From assembly GCA_001600815.1 (NCBI GenBank), contig BCKZ01000005.1, positions 1,093,323 through 1,113,322 of the forward strand: a stretch of DNA of 20,000 nucleotides. The letters are read 5' to 3'. The DNA is from Alloascoidea hylecoeti. Taxonomy: Eukaryota. Below the pieces are notes generated by a model. The model searched no databases. It was not told the DNA's origin and worked only from the letters and a program-made list of their open reading frames with translations. This document shows positions 9,727-19,179 of the stretch, one piece after another. Every line of letters starts with the position of its first letter. The first letter of the stretch is position 1. The position numbers and the translations under genes are program-made.

Positions 9727-10686
9727 CTAGTGTGGTTTCTGTATATTTTTTAATCTTAAAGGATGTATACCATTTATAGTAACCGGAGCACTATCAGTAT
9801 TATTATTTTCAGCCAATTTTTTACTCTTTTTAGCCCTCATAGCAGTTTCTTCCTTTGTAATTCTTTCTCTTCGATCATCCCTTAACATTTCATTTTTTTC
9901 TTTTAATTTTTGTACACGATTTTCGGAATTCCCACCTCCTCCAACAGTCAGTTCAACATTTATCTTTCTTCCCTCTAAATTTGTATGATGTAATTTTAAA
10001 GCAACAGCCATTCTTTGTCTAATATCATCACCTTCAAATTCTATAAATGCTATTCCTTTATCAGGTCGATATCTAACATTATTTGGTTGTGATGGTTTGA
10101 AATAAGCTTCAACTGTTTCTTTTGTGATTGTATATGGTAAATTACCAACAAATAGAATAAAACGAGGAGCATATGTTTTAGGCCCTTTTTTGCCTCTTCT
10201 AGTTTTCTTTTTAGCTTTTGGTGGTGCATCTTCAGAAGGTTCTTCATTATCTCTTTTTCGCTTCATATCAATATCAGATTTTGAATTTTTTTTATTATCC
10301 TTTTTTGAAGATTTTCCTTCTTCTTTATCATTATTCTCATCATTATTTTTTGATTTTTTAATCTTATTTCTGAATTCTAATGCTTTCTTTTGTTTCTTTG
10401 TCAATTTCGTAGTATCAGAAGTTTCAGTTTCTTTACTTTTGGATTCTTTATTGTCTGTCTCCTTTGTATTCTTTTCATTTTTCTCCTTTGATTTTGTTTC
10501 ATTTGATTTATCATCTTTGGATTCTGTATTATCGTCCTTTGAAGTCTTCTTTTCTTTCTTTTCTTTCTTTTCTTTCTTTTCTTTCTTTTCTTTCTTTTCT
10601 TTCTTCTCCTTCTTTATCACGCCATCTACATCTTTAACTTCTGAGTCTTTCGCTCTTTTAGATTTCTTTAATTCTTTTTCTGACAT
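9727..10686 (-). CDS. NOP6: Nucleolar RRM protein Nop6 (40S biogenesis)
   Basis: RRM RFILFVGNLP...DKGIAFIEF...RKINVELTVGGGGNSENR, the KTRRGKKG motif before the RRM, C-terminal GIHP.R, and a KKE-repeat N-terminus. Confidence 0.93.
   Translation of the reverse strand: MSEKELKKSKRAKDSEVKDVDGVIKKEKKEKKEKKEKKEKKEKKEKKTSKDDNTESKDDKSNETKSKEKNEKNTKETDNKESKSKETETSDTTKLTKKQKKALEFRNKIKKSKNNDENNDKEEGKSSKKDNKKNSKSDIDMKRKRDNEEPSEDAPPKAKKKTRRGKKGPKTYAPRFILFVGNLPYTITKETVEAYFKPSQPNNVRYRPDKGIAFIEFEGDDIRQRMAVALKLHHTNLEGRKINVELTVGGGGNSENRVQKLKEKNEMLRDDRRERITKEETAMRAKKSKKLAENNNTDSAPVTINGIHPLRLKNIQKPH
10546..10615 (-). repeat. 9-bp tandem repeat encoding the (KKE)n tract of Nop6
   Basis: A TTTTCTTTC-type unit is repeated on the plus strand; it translates as KKEKKEKKE... 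on the minus strand. Confidence 0.85.
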
Positions 10687-10745
10687 TTTTAAAACTAATA
10701 ATTAGGTGATTATTATGTTTGAAATTAAAAAATATATATATATAT

Positions 10746-10851
10746 GATGAGCTGAAAAATTCTTTTCCATAATAAAAATAAAAATGTACAATGTTACGTA
10801 AGATATTACAAAGCATGTGCACGTGTGAATAAGCCGGGTAAACTCTTCGCG
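10746..10851. promoter_or_regulatory. Bidirectional NOP6/SNRNP27 promoter with PAC core, RRPE, E-box and Reb1 site
   Basis: GATGAG at 10746-10751, TGAAAAATT at 10753-10761, CACGTG at 10820-10825, CCGGGTAA at 10834-10841 and CGCG at 10848-10851, all within a 218-bp divergent intergenic region. Confidence 0.7.
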
Positions 10852-10904
10852 TTGTATAAAATTAAGGATGAATTAAATTTGTACAGTAACATTGCTGATT
10901 GGAT

Positions 10905-11465
10905 ATGGCACGATCTGGAGAAAGAGATGGATACAGAGATCAGGATAGGGACCGAACTAGACATAGGGACAGAGAGAGAGATAGAGATCATAGAGATCAC
11001 AGGGATAGAGACAGAGATAGAGATAGGGAAAGGGATAGGAACGGCCATAGAGATAGAGATAGACCAAGAAGAAACAGAAGCTATTCTAGGGATACTAATG
11101 ACCGACACCGACGAGGGAGAAGTATAGAAGAACGATGGGAGTACGATTACTACAGAGATAGAAGCGATGAGCGATCCAACCCGAAAGAAAAGGCCAAAGA
11201 AGATGATAACCCCAAACAAGAACAAGAAAAGAAGGAGATTGAGACTAAGACGGAGACCGAGACCGCGACCACAACTGAGGATGAACCAGAAGAGATGGAC
11301 ATGGCAGCTTTAATGGGATTTTCGTCGTTTGGGACTACAAAACAGAAGAAAGTCGAAGGAAACTCAACCCGGTCAACAACCGTCAAAACCGTGAAGGCCT
11401 CAAAGTACCGCCAGTATATGAACCGCGTTGACGGTTTCAACCGACCCTTGTCACCTCCTAGGTAG
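10905..11465 (+). CDS. SNRNP27: U4/U6.U5 tri-snRNP 27-kDa protein (SNRNP27K, DUF1777 family)
   Basis: RD/RS-dipeptide-rich N-terminus and the conserved C-terminus MAALMGFSSFGTTKQKKVEG...KYRQYMNRVDGFNRPL. First ATG is at 10905; the ORF-track start at 10899 is TTG. Confidence 0.9.
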   Translation: MARSGERDGYRDQDRDRTRHRDRERDRDHRDHRDRDRDRDRERDRNGHRDRDRPRRNRSYSRDTNDRHRRGRSIEERWEYDYYRDRSDERSNPKEKAKEDDNPKQEQEKKEIETKTETETATTTEDEPEEMDMAALMGFSSFGTTKQKKVEGNSTRSTTVKTVKASKYRQYMNRVDGFNRPLSPPR

Positions 11466-11471
11466 GGTAAC

Positions 11472-11479
11472 TTGCCACT
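11472..11479 (-). promoter_or_regulatory. PACE-like (Rpn4) element AGTGGCAA upstream of ECM29
   Basis: TTGCCACT on the plus strand, 52 nt before the ECM29 ATG and next to a T-tract (11508-11523). It is a variant of the PACE consensus GGTGGCAAA. Confidence 0.55.
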
Positions 11480-11531
11480 TTATGTCAACTTTATCATTTC
11501 TATTCATCTTTTTTTTTTTTTTTAATCAAAT

Positions 11532-14500
11532 ATGGAGGCAGAACTCAGTCTTGTCAATAAAGTCGAGTTCAAACTCGTTTTGGCTTCAACAGATGCAAAG
11601 TTTGAGGCTCTGCTTGCAACTTTCTTACCTCCTTTATTACTTAAATTGGTTTCTCCACATCATCAAGTTAGATCCAAAATTGTTCAAGTAGTTACTGATT
11701 TAGCATCTCGAATAAATTCTTCCACGGTTAAAATACCTGTTCGAGCTATATTAGATTCAAAAATCCCTTCTGTCTCGGAAAATGAATGTAATTGGCTTCC
11801 AAAGGGTCCCGACGCTGCTTTATTAAGAAGGTGGCGATTATTTTATGTGTCTTTGGGAATTGATAGAATAGATACTAATGAAAAATATAAATTAATTCCA
11901 TTTTTTATTCATGGATTATATTGTTTGGATGACGAATCTTCATCTGCTGCTTTTAGAATTTTATGTAAATTGATTAATGATTGGAATTTAGATGATCAAG
12001 TATTGAAAGATCTAAAAATTGAAATTAAATTAAAATTGGATAATCAAAATGATTCAAAATGGTTCTCCAAAATAATTAGTAAATTTTTTTGTATTAATCC
12101 TAAATTACTTTTGGATTCAACTTCTGGTCCTGGTTTGTCATTAGAAGATGTGAATTTTTTTAAGCCTGGGGTTTCAACAATTTATTCTTCTCAATCTTTT
12201 AATAAAACAAAACTTGATGTCTTGAATTTCCTCATTTCTGTTTTTAATGAACGTGATAGAGCTATACCTTTATTAATTGCTTCCTTTGATTCGACTTCAA
12301 CTGTAGCAAATCGTGCTGCTGATGCTACCAAGAAAATTCATTATGATCCAGAAAATATATCATTGATTGATACCATTACTCAATTATATACTGGCTCAAC
12401 AAATATTCCTCCTTTAAAGTCAACTGTACAAACAAAAATTTTACAATTGTTATCACAAAGTAAACATGTCGTTTCTGAATCACCTCAACTTATTGAATCA
12501 ATAATTTCAATTGGGTTCCAATCAGATTATGTCAAATTGAAAACAACAACAATTCAATTCATTCATTGGGTTGCAAAAGCGTCCCCCTCACATATCATTT
12601 CTCAAATATCTTTAGAAATTGCTTCCAAATTGAGGAATTCAATCTTAGAAACTGAATGGCCCTTACCATCAAATTCATTTGCTGCAAGCAACAACAAACA
12701 ATTAGTAAGGAGATTGCAATATGAAGCCCTTGGATCAATACTAAGTAGAGATCCAACCAATTTATTAAAAGATTTAGAATACATTCAATTTTTATTTCAA
12801 AGTTTACGTTTAGAAAGTTTAGAAATTGGAACTTCTATACAAGAAGCATTATCATCTTTAATTCCTTTTACTCATAATTTATCACAACATGCTTTAGATG
12901 AATTATTAAAATTAATTGGGAATTTACTTGTTAATAATGTTAATTCAAGTGAGAAATTTATGGCAATAAAATATGCTTCTAGATCTTTCCCATTTGATAA
13001 TGCAATGGCAAGATTTTATTGTATTTTAGGAACTGCAAAAATTGATCATAGTGGTGATAATGTTCATGTGATTGAAGAAGCTAAAAAAGGTTTACATCCA
13101 TATTGGTTTAAGATTTTAAATACAGATGTTTTAACACTTTTGAAAAAAAATAATGATGAAAATGATTTTAAAATTGAATTTCCAAAATTTGAAGAATTAA
13201 TTTCAATTATTTTTAAATCATTAATTAAAAATGATGAATTTTCAAAACTTATTAAAATTTCAATAAATTCAACTATTGAATTTTTAACTCAAACACTTGT
13301 TATGCATTCAATTAAATTTAAATCAACTGTTGTTGAAATGGATTCAGATTGGGATATTAGAATTTCAAAAGCTTTAGAATTTGATGAAATTGTTAAACAG
13401 GAATTAGTTCATTATTTATTAAATCATTCAAATGATAGTGAATCATTTTATCAATTTTTAAAAATTATTTTAGATGAATTAATTAATTCTAAATCACAAA
13501 TTTTAGCTACGAAATTATTACAAATTTTATCTTTTATGCCTTCTAATGTTATTGGTCAATTTCAATCATATATAAAGCCATTGTTGGAATTATTCGATAG
13601 TTCAATTGGTCTTAAAAGTTTACAATTTGGTATTAAGTTATTAGTTCCATTATCTCATTTATTGGCATTATTAATATCCCATCCAATTAATAATGATGAA
13701 AATGTAAATGAATTGATTACATCTTTAATATCTGTTTCAAGTTCTACATCAGATTCAAGCTCAAATTCTAAATCAACGGTTTATCTATTATTATTATCTT
13801 TTACATTCTCAAAATTACGACTCCATCATAGGCTTCAAATTATACCACAAGATATTATATCTGGAGTTATTGACCAAGTCTATAATACATTATCAACAAC
13901 TAAAATTAATGATGTTATTGAAATACTTCTTGATTCAATTACCGAATTAAGTATTAGTGGAGTATTTTTGGATTTCGAATCAAAAGATTATGTTATTAAA
14001 TTTAAACCAATATTAGAAAAATTATCTACTATCAAAAATCATGAAGAAAAAGCAATATCATCATTTGGTAATTTATCATTATGTGTTATTAATAATAATG
14101 ATCTTTTAAAATCATTTGAAGATTTAGTATTTAAATTACATACTTCAAAACAAGTTGAATCTATGTTTGCTAGTGGTGAAGCACTTTCTATAATTGCATC
14201 TGGTTCATTATCAAAGGTTTTAAATAGAAGTATTGATATTAGAGATAATGGTAATGATTATAATACCATTGCTTCAAAATTAGGTGTTCAACAACATGAT
14301 TCAACTGTTAGGGTATTACTTAAAATTTTGGATTTTTCAAAACAAACAAAACCATCTTTGAGACGATTCTCTTGTATTTGGTTACTTTCTTTGGTACAAT
14401 TTTGTGGTTATTTACCTCCCGTACAAGAGCATTTCCCTGCTATTCAAAAAGTATTTATGATATTTTTAACTGATAAAGAAGATTTAGTCCAGGAATCTGC

Positions 14501-17111
14501 TTCCAGAGGTCTTTCAATTGTTTATGAGAATGGTTCTAATTCACTACAACAGGAATTAGTTAGAGGTTTATTGCATACATTTGTTGCTGATTCAGGAGTT
14601 GGAGTAACTGCGGGGAAAGTTTCTGAAGATACTGAATTATTTGAAAATGCCATTCCTGTAAATACTGGAACTTCTTCCAGTGGTAATAATAAGGAGAATT
14701 CAATTGGTATGGATTCAGTTTCCACTTATAAAGATATCTTAAACCTTGCTTCTGAAGTTGGTGATCCAAGTCTTGTTTATAAATTCATGTCTTTAGCTGC
14801 TAATTCGGCATTATGGGCATCAAGAAAAGGTGTTGCCTTTGGACTTGGTTCTATTTTATCAAGAAAAAATTTAGATGAAATGCTTTTAACAAATGATAAA
14901 TTATCACGAAAGTTAATTCCTAAATTGTATAGATATAAATATGATCCAAATCCTTCTGTTCATCAATCAATGCAACAAATTTGGGATACATTAATACCTG
15001 ATGGGCCTAAAACAGTTAGTGCTAATTTTGGTATTATATTAGAAGAATTATTAAAAAGTATTGGTAATAAAGAATGGAGGGTACGAGAAGCTAGTGTTGC
15101 AGCATTAACCGATTTATTACAAACTCAACAATTGGATACTTATTCTAATGATTTAGAAAGAATTTGGCAAATTAGTTTCAGGGCACTTGATGATATTAAA
15201 GGAAGTGTTAGAAAAGCAGCGAGTATATTAACAAGAGGTTTATCTTCAACTTTGGTTAGAAGTATTGATACTAGTACTGGAAAATCAGAAACTAAAGCAA
15301 AAGAAATATTAGGTAGATTATTACCATTTTTATTGGGTTTGAAAGGGTTACAATCTGATGCCCAAGATGTCCAAGGTTTTGCATTGAAAACTATTCTTGA
15401 AATTTGTAAAAAATCAGGAAAAACGTTGTTACCTTTTATCCCAACACTATTAGAAGAACTTGTGGAATTAATGTCTACTTTTGAACCTCAAGCAATTAAT
15501 TATATATCATTGAATGCTGATAAATATAATTTAACAACTAATGATATTGATGCAACAAGACTCAAAAGTATTAAATCATCACCAATGATGGATGCAATTG
15601 AACAGTTAATTGATCAATTAGATGAACCAACAATGAGGGCATACGTTCCCAAATTACAATCAAGTATTAGAAAATCGATTGGATTACCTTCAAAAGCATC
15701 AGCCAGTAGGATTATTGTTAATCTAGTTCTTAGGAAAACACATTTCGTAACGCCATATGCAGATGTTTTGCTGAGTTCATGCCGTCGTCAATTAGGTGAT
15801 AGAAATGATACTGTTGCAGCATCTTTTGCTGTATGCTCCGCATATCTTGTTCGTATTGCTAGTATTAATTCTGCTATCTCTTACATTGAACAATTACAAT
15901 CTCTTTATTTTAATTCTTCAGAAAGTCAAAATGAAAGAGACCGTTTAACTTCTGGTATTGCACTTAAAGCAATTTCAGATCATGCAGCAGATAAACTACA
16001 TTCAATTTCTTCTGCGATTTTACCATTTGCATTTGTTGCTTCACACGATCCTATAAAATCAATTAAATCAAATTTCGAAACTGTTTGGAATGATTGTACA
16101 GGTGGTTCAAGTGCAACTAAACTTTACATGTCTGAAATAATGGAAATCACTGGCCAAAATTTAAAATCTCAGCAGTTTCTAATACGACAAGTTTGTGCTA
16201 AAAGTATTGCAGATATGTGTAATGCTTATGAAACCACATCTTCTGCAACACATATAATCAATGACAATGAACTTAAATTGTTTGAAGTCTTACTTAGTGC
16301 TTGTGAAGGTAGATCATGGTCTGGAAAAGAATCAGTATTTGATGCTATGGTATCATTAGCATGTAAATTTACAAAAAATTTAAATGATCCAATAAATAAA
16401 GATCTTAGTTTAAAAATTCGAAAAGTTTCATTAATAGAGTTGAAAAGGAAAAATAAAGAATATCAACAACATTCGATTAAAAGTTTTGGAAAATATTTAG
16501 AGTCATTTCCTGAAGAGGAATTATATGATATATTTCTTGGAATTGTTGAACCATATTTATCTTATGAATCTGAATCTGAATCTGAATCTGAATCTGATTC
16601 CGATGATGCTCAAAGAGGTAGTCGTGTTGGTATTAATAAGAAAAGAAAAGTATCATCTGGTACGACTAAAAAAGAACAAAAGCGTAATAAAATTTTGAAA
16701 TATCTTATCAGTTCATTTTCTTTAATTAATGGCAATGAAATTTATAATGATATTTTTGAAAGTATTTTATCCTATATTGAACAAAGTTTAAAATCAACGG
16801 TTATTTTACCTACATGGAGAACACAAATTGGATCAACAGAACATTTAATTCATATCGCTGGAAAAATCAAAAATGTCAAGCTAGATGAAAAGAAAATTAA
16901 AAAGCTTGTTAGTACATTTCAAACTATGTTGGAAATTGGATCAAGAAACAATGATGTTGAAAATGTTAGACTACAAGTTGTTAGGGCTGGCATTGCATTG
17001 AATGATACAGTAAACAGCAAGTTAGGTGAAACGGTGATTTCAATGACAAAAGAAGCTTTCAGAGATGAAAAATCAGCTGTTGTTATGACAGAATTAAGGA
17101 AACTTATTTAA
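11532..17111 (+). CDS. ECM29: Proteasome-associated HEAT-repeat protein Ecm29
   Basis: 1859 aa. N-terminal ELSLVNKVEFKLVLA...FLPPLLLKL, and conserved STYKDILNLASEVGDPSLVYKFMSLA, LIPKLYRYKYDPNPSV, EWRVREAS and FRALDDIKGSVR motifs. Confidence 0.96.
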   Translation: MEAELSLVNKVEFKLVLASTDAKFEALLATFLPPLLLKLVSPHHQVRSKIVQVVTDLASRINSSTVKIPVRAILDSKIPSVSENECNWLPKGPDAALLRRWRLFYVSLGIDRIDTNEKYKLIPFFIHGLYCLDDESSSAAFRILCKLINDWNLDDQVLKDLKIEIKLKLDNQNDSKWFSKIISKFFCINPKLLLDSTSGPGLSLEDVNFFKPGVSTIYSSQSFNKTKLDVLNFLISVFNERDRAIPLLIASFDSTSTVANRAADATKKIHYDPENISLIDTITQLYTGSTNIPPLKSTVQTKILQLLSQSKHVVSESPQLIESIISIGFQSDYVKLKTTTIQFIHWVAKASPSHIISQISLEIASKLRNSILETEWPLPSNSFAASNNKQLVRRLQYEALGSILSRDPTNLLKDLEYIQFLFQSLRLESLEIGTSIQEALSSLIPFTHNLSQHALDELLKLIGNLLVNNVNSSEKFMAIKYASRSFPFDNAMARFYCILGTAKIDHSGDNVHVIEEAKKGLHPYWFKILNTDVLTLLKKNNDENDFKIEFPKFEELISIIFKSLIKNDEFSKLIKISINSTIEFLTQTLVMHSIKFKSTVVEMDSDWDIRISKALEFDEIVKQELVHYLLNHSNDSESFYQFLKIILDELINSKSQILATKLLQILSFMPSNVIGQFQSYIKPLLELFDSSIGLKSLQFGIKLLVPLSHLLALLISHPINNDENVNELITSLISVSSSTSDSSSNSKSTVYLLLLSFTFSKLRLHHRLQIIPQDIISGVIDQVYNTLSTTKINDVIEILLDSITELSISGVFLDFESKDYVIKFKPILEKLSTIKNHEEKAISSFGNLSLCVINNNDLLKSFEDLVFKLHTSKQVESMFASGEALSIIASGSLSKVLNRSIDIRDNGNDYNTIASKLGVQQHDSTVRVLLKILDFSKQTKPSLRRFSCIWLLSLVQFCGYLPPVQEHFPAIQKVFMIFLTDKEDLVQESASRGLSIVYENGSNSLQQELVRGLLHTFVADSGVGVTAGKVSEDTELFENAIPVNTGTSSSGNNKENSIGMDSVSTYKDILNLASEVGDPSLVYKFMSLAANSALWASRKGVAFGLGSILSRKNLDEMLLTNDKLSRKLIPKLYRYKYDPNPSVHQSMQQIWDTLIPDGPKTVSANFGIILEELLKSIGNKEWRVREASVAALTDLLQTQQLDTYSNDLERIWQISFRALDDIKGSVRKAASILTRGLSSTLVRSIDTSTGKSETKAKEILGRLLPFLLGLKGLQSDAQDVQGFALKTILEICKKSGKTLLPFIPTLLEELVELMSTFEPQAINYISLNADKYNLTTNDIDATRLKSIKSSPMMDAIEQLIDQLDEPTMRAYVPKLQSSIRKSIGLPSKASASRIIVNLVLRKTHFVTPYADVLLSSCRRQLGDRNDTVAASFAVCSAYLVRIASINSAISYIEQLQSLYFNSSESQNERDRLTSGIALKAISDHAADKLHSISSAILPFAFVASHDPIKSIKSNFETVWNDCTGGSSATKLYMSEIMEITGQNLKSQQFLIRQVCAKSIADMCNAYETTSSATHIINDNELKLFEVLLSACEGRSWSGKESVFDAMVSLACKFTKNLNDPINKDLSLKIRKVSLIELKRKNKEYQQHSIKSFGKYLESFPEEELYDIFLGIVEPYLSYESESESESESDSDDAQRGSRVGINKKRKVSSGTTKKEQKRNKILKYLISSFSLINGNEIYNDIFESILSYIEQSLKSTVILPTWRTQIGSTEHLIHIAGKIKNVKLDEKKIKKLVSTFQTMLEIGSRNNDVENVRLQVVRAGIALNDTVNSKLGETVISMTKEAFRDEKSAVVMTELRKLI
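16565..16600 (+). repeat. (TGAATC)x5 coding microsatellite encoding an ES tract in Ecm29
   Basis: Five perfect units at 16565-16594 plus a variant TGATTC. Confidence 0.85.
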
Positions 17112-17326
17112 ATATTCATCACAATAGTAGCTCAACTGTTACTAGTAATAAATATTATGTGAATAATTTTTTTTTTTAATAAAGGTTTGAAGCGCATACG
17201 GTTTCAGTCTCTGTGAGTTAAATTTTTGCCGAGATGGTTCCTATAAGCAGGAATCCCATCAAACTTTAGGTAACAAGTTAATTAGTTAAGTCTTGCTACC
17301 AAGCTTGGCGTCGGTAATAACACCCG

Positions 17327-17381
17327 GCAACTCAATAAGGCTAGCAACTCAATAAGGCTAGCAACTCAATAAGGCTAGCAA
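17327..17381. repeat. Perfect 17-bp tandem repeat (GCAACTCAATAAGGCTA)x3 + GCAA, followed by T16
   Basis: Units at 17327-17343, 17344-17360 and 17361-17377; T-run at 17386-17401. Confidence 0.9.
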
Positions 17382-17510
17382 ATCCTTTTTTTTTTTTTTT
17401 TGTCTAGCGTTACATAGAGCTTACATGTAGAAATGGATTGTTCCCCAGTGTTTCAAAAAATATTAAAGCACCAATACCAGAAAAGGAACCTCAAGTAATT
17501 ACAACATTTA

Positions 17511-18010
17511 TTATTGCGATCGGCTTGTCTTTGACATTATATTATGGAAGGTAGACGATATTGCATCATGAGTGGGGCTTGTAATTGGAGTGAAAGATCC
17601 ACCTCCATCTCCTATATCACTTATTTCCTTCATTTCTTCGATCACCTGTATTTCGTTTATCTTCTCCATACCCTCCATACCCTCCATAGCATCCATAGCA
17701 TCCGTAGCCTCCTCCTCCGTAACATCCATGAACTCCCGACCCATAACCTTTATCCCATGTACCCATCCACCCCATCTGCCTCCCTACCACTACTCCCATT
17801 ATCTCCTCTACTACGATCACCATTATCTCATTTATTCAACAGATCTCCTCCATAGCCTCCTCTGAAACCCCCACCACCTCTACCATCACGAGAAGGATTT
17901 TCCAATGATCCGGAAGGTCCCGAATTTAATTCCGAGGTTTGCTTTGCGATCTCATCACTTGTAGGTTTGATTGATGACATTGTATGCATGGTTTTCTCCT
18001 AAGCTTTCAA
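17511..18010 (-). pseudogene. Decayed RGG/GY-rich RNA-binding protein gene with a half RanBP2-type zinc finger (FET/TAF15-like C-terminus)
   Basis: Minus strand, across frameshifts and stops: RRKPCIQCHQS / KPTSDEIAKQTSELNSGPSGSLENPSRDGRGGGGFRGGYGGD..*DNGDRSRGDNG / GYGSGVHGCYGGGGYGCYGCYGGYGGYGEDKRNTGDRRNE. A possible acceptor TTTACAG ends at 18011. Confidence 0.5.
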
Positions 18011-19179
18011 CTGTAAATAAACTAGTAGTTGGAGTATTAATTGATTCCAAAAAGGGGGGAGAATGACCTTTAAAGAGGTTCAAGATCTGTCGTGTTAGGA
18101 ATCTAATAATAATTAAATAGCTTCTAAGGTTAACCACTATTTTGGTTTCTTTTATCTTAAGCTTCTATTATAGTAACTCGCTTCCAAATTTCCGGACTTA
18201 AGATATCGGTGTTAAAAGATTATCGGTGCAACAACCGTATGGGTTTGGTGTGCTATGAAATGAAACAATTCGCACTTATAATAGGACGATAGTGCCCAAA
18301 AATGTAAATGCTCATTTAAGATATTATCATGAATCTTAAGACTTTTTTCTCTACCACATCCACCTACAACCCTTTAAGACTCGTTCAGATTCACTTCCAG
18401 AGGGGGTCCTTACTATTGATGCTAAGGTCAATTGGAAAATAGTGACCCATCTCTTACCTTTCCTACCGCAACTCTTATAACGACTAAAAGTTCAAATCTA
18501 CATCTGTGGAATAAACTTTGTAAAGATATTTTTTCTTGCTTTAATCTGCTAATCTGGAAGACTTACTATCCCGTCAGATTCTGCCACGAAAATTAATAGT
18601 TACGAAAATATTACTGATTTACTGTGTATTCTGGCCTTTAGAATGAACTGTCTATAAAAATTTAACTAGAAACCAATTCTATACTCAATGAGCATACCAT
18701 CTCTCTATATAGAATTCTAAATTAATAAGTTAAACTTCTATCATATACCAAATCCCAATACTAACTTATGTTCATGAATAACTTCTAATTAGAAAAGTAG
18801 TATAATTTTAGCAACTAGATATTCAATACCAATACCCTTGTGATCCATTTTCTCTCACTGTTAATATCGCCCATGATTAAATCCGAAGCCAGCAGTAATA
18901 ATAAATTGATATTCTAGTTAGAGGAGTGGTATGTGGTTCTTAGAATCCACACACTCCCAGTAGGCATTCTCGCTAGCGCTGTAAACAGAACAGCTGCAGA
19001 GCAAATATATTATATAGAGTAATTATATGTAAATCATCAAGGACATTATATAGATGATTATCAAGCTAGTTACGCATTGTTGGCTATGTTATTAATTATG
19101 AGTTTCGTTTTATTTTCCCATAAATTCAAGGCATCTCTTTATTGCATTTTTTAACCAATTCTATCTCTCTTTTTCTAGG

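Noticed and set aside
10124..10705. 193-aa plus-strand ORF and 65-aa alternative-frame ORF over NOP6
   Set aside because: These are antisense or alternative-frame shadows of the K/E-rich low-complexity NOP6 sequence, with non-ATG or poor starts and an F/S-rich composition.
10806..11691. Several ORFs overlapping SNRNP27 and the ECM29 start (10806-11225, 10825-11127, 11150-11440, 11428-11691)
   Set aside because: They are by-products of the RD-repeat region and of real genes in other frames, with no recognisable motifs.
12602..14769. Short antisense ORFs within ECM29
   Set aside because: These are expected by chance opposite a long CDS and have no independent support.
17228..17262. Minus-strand stem resembling U5 snRNA stem-loop 1 (…TTCCTGCTTATAGGAACCATC…)
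   Set aside because: The invariant U5 loop GCCUUUUAC is absent, and there is no Sm site downstream on that strand.
17327..17381. 17-bp repeat as a CRISPR array or telomeric repeat
   Set aside because: The units are contiguous with no spacers and the context is eukaryotic. Neither strand has the G-rich character typical of yeast telomere repeats.
17544..17865. Plus-strand P/S/H-rich ORFs, initially suggestive of a retrotransposon gag
   Set aside because: They are antisense to the GGY/RGG relic. I found no CCHC knuckle, protease, RT motif, paired LTRs or PBS.
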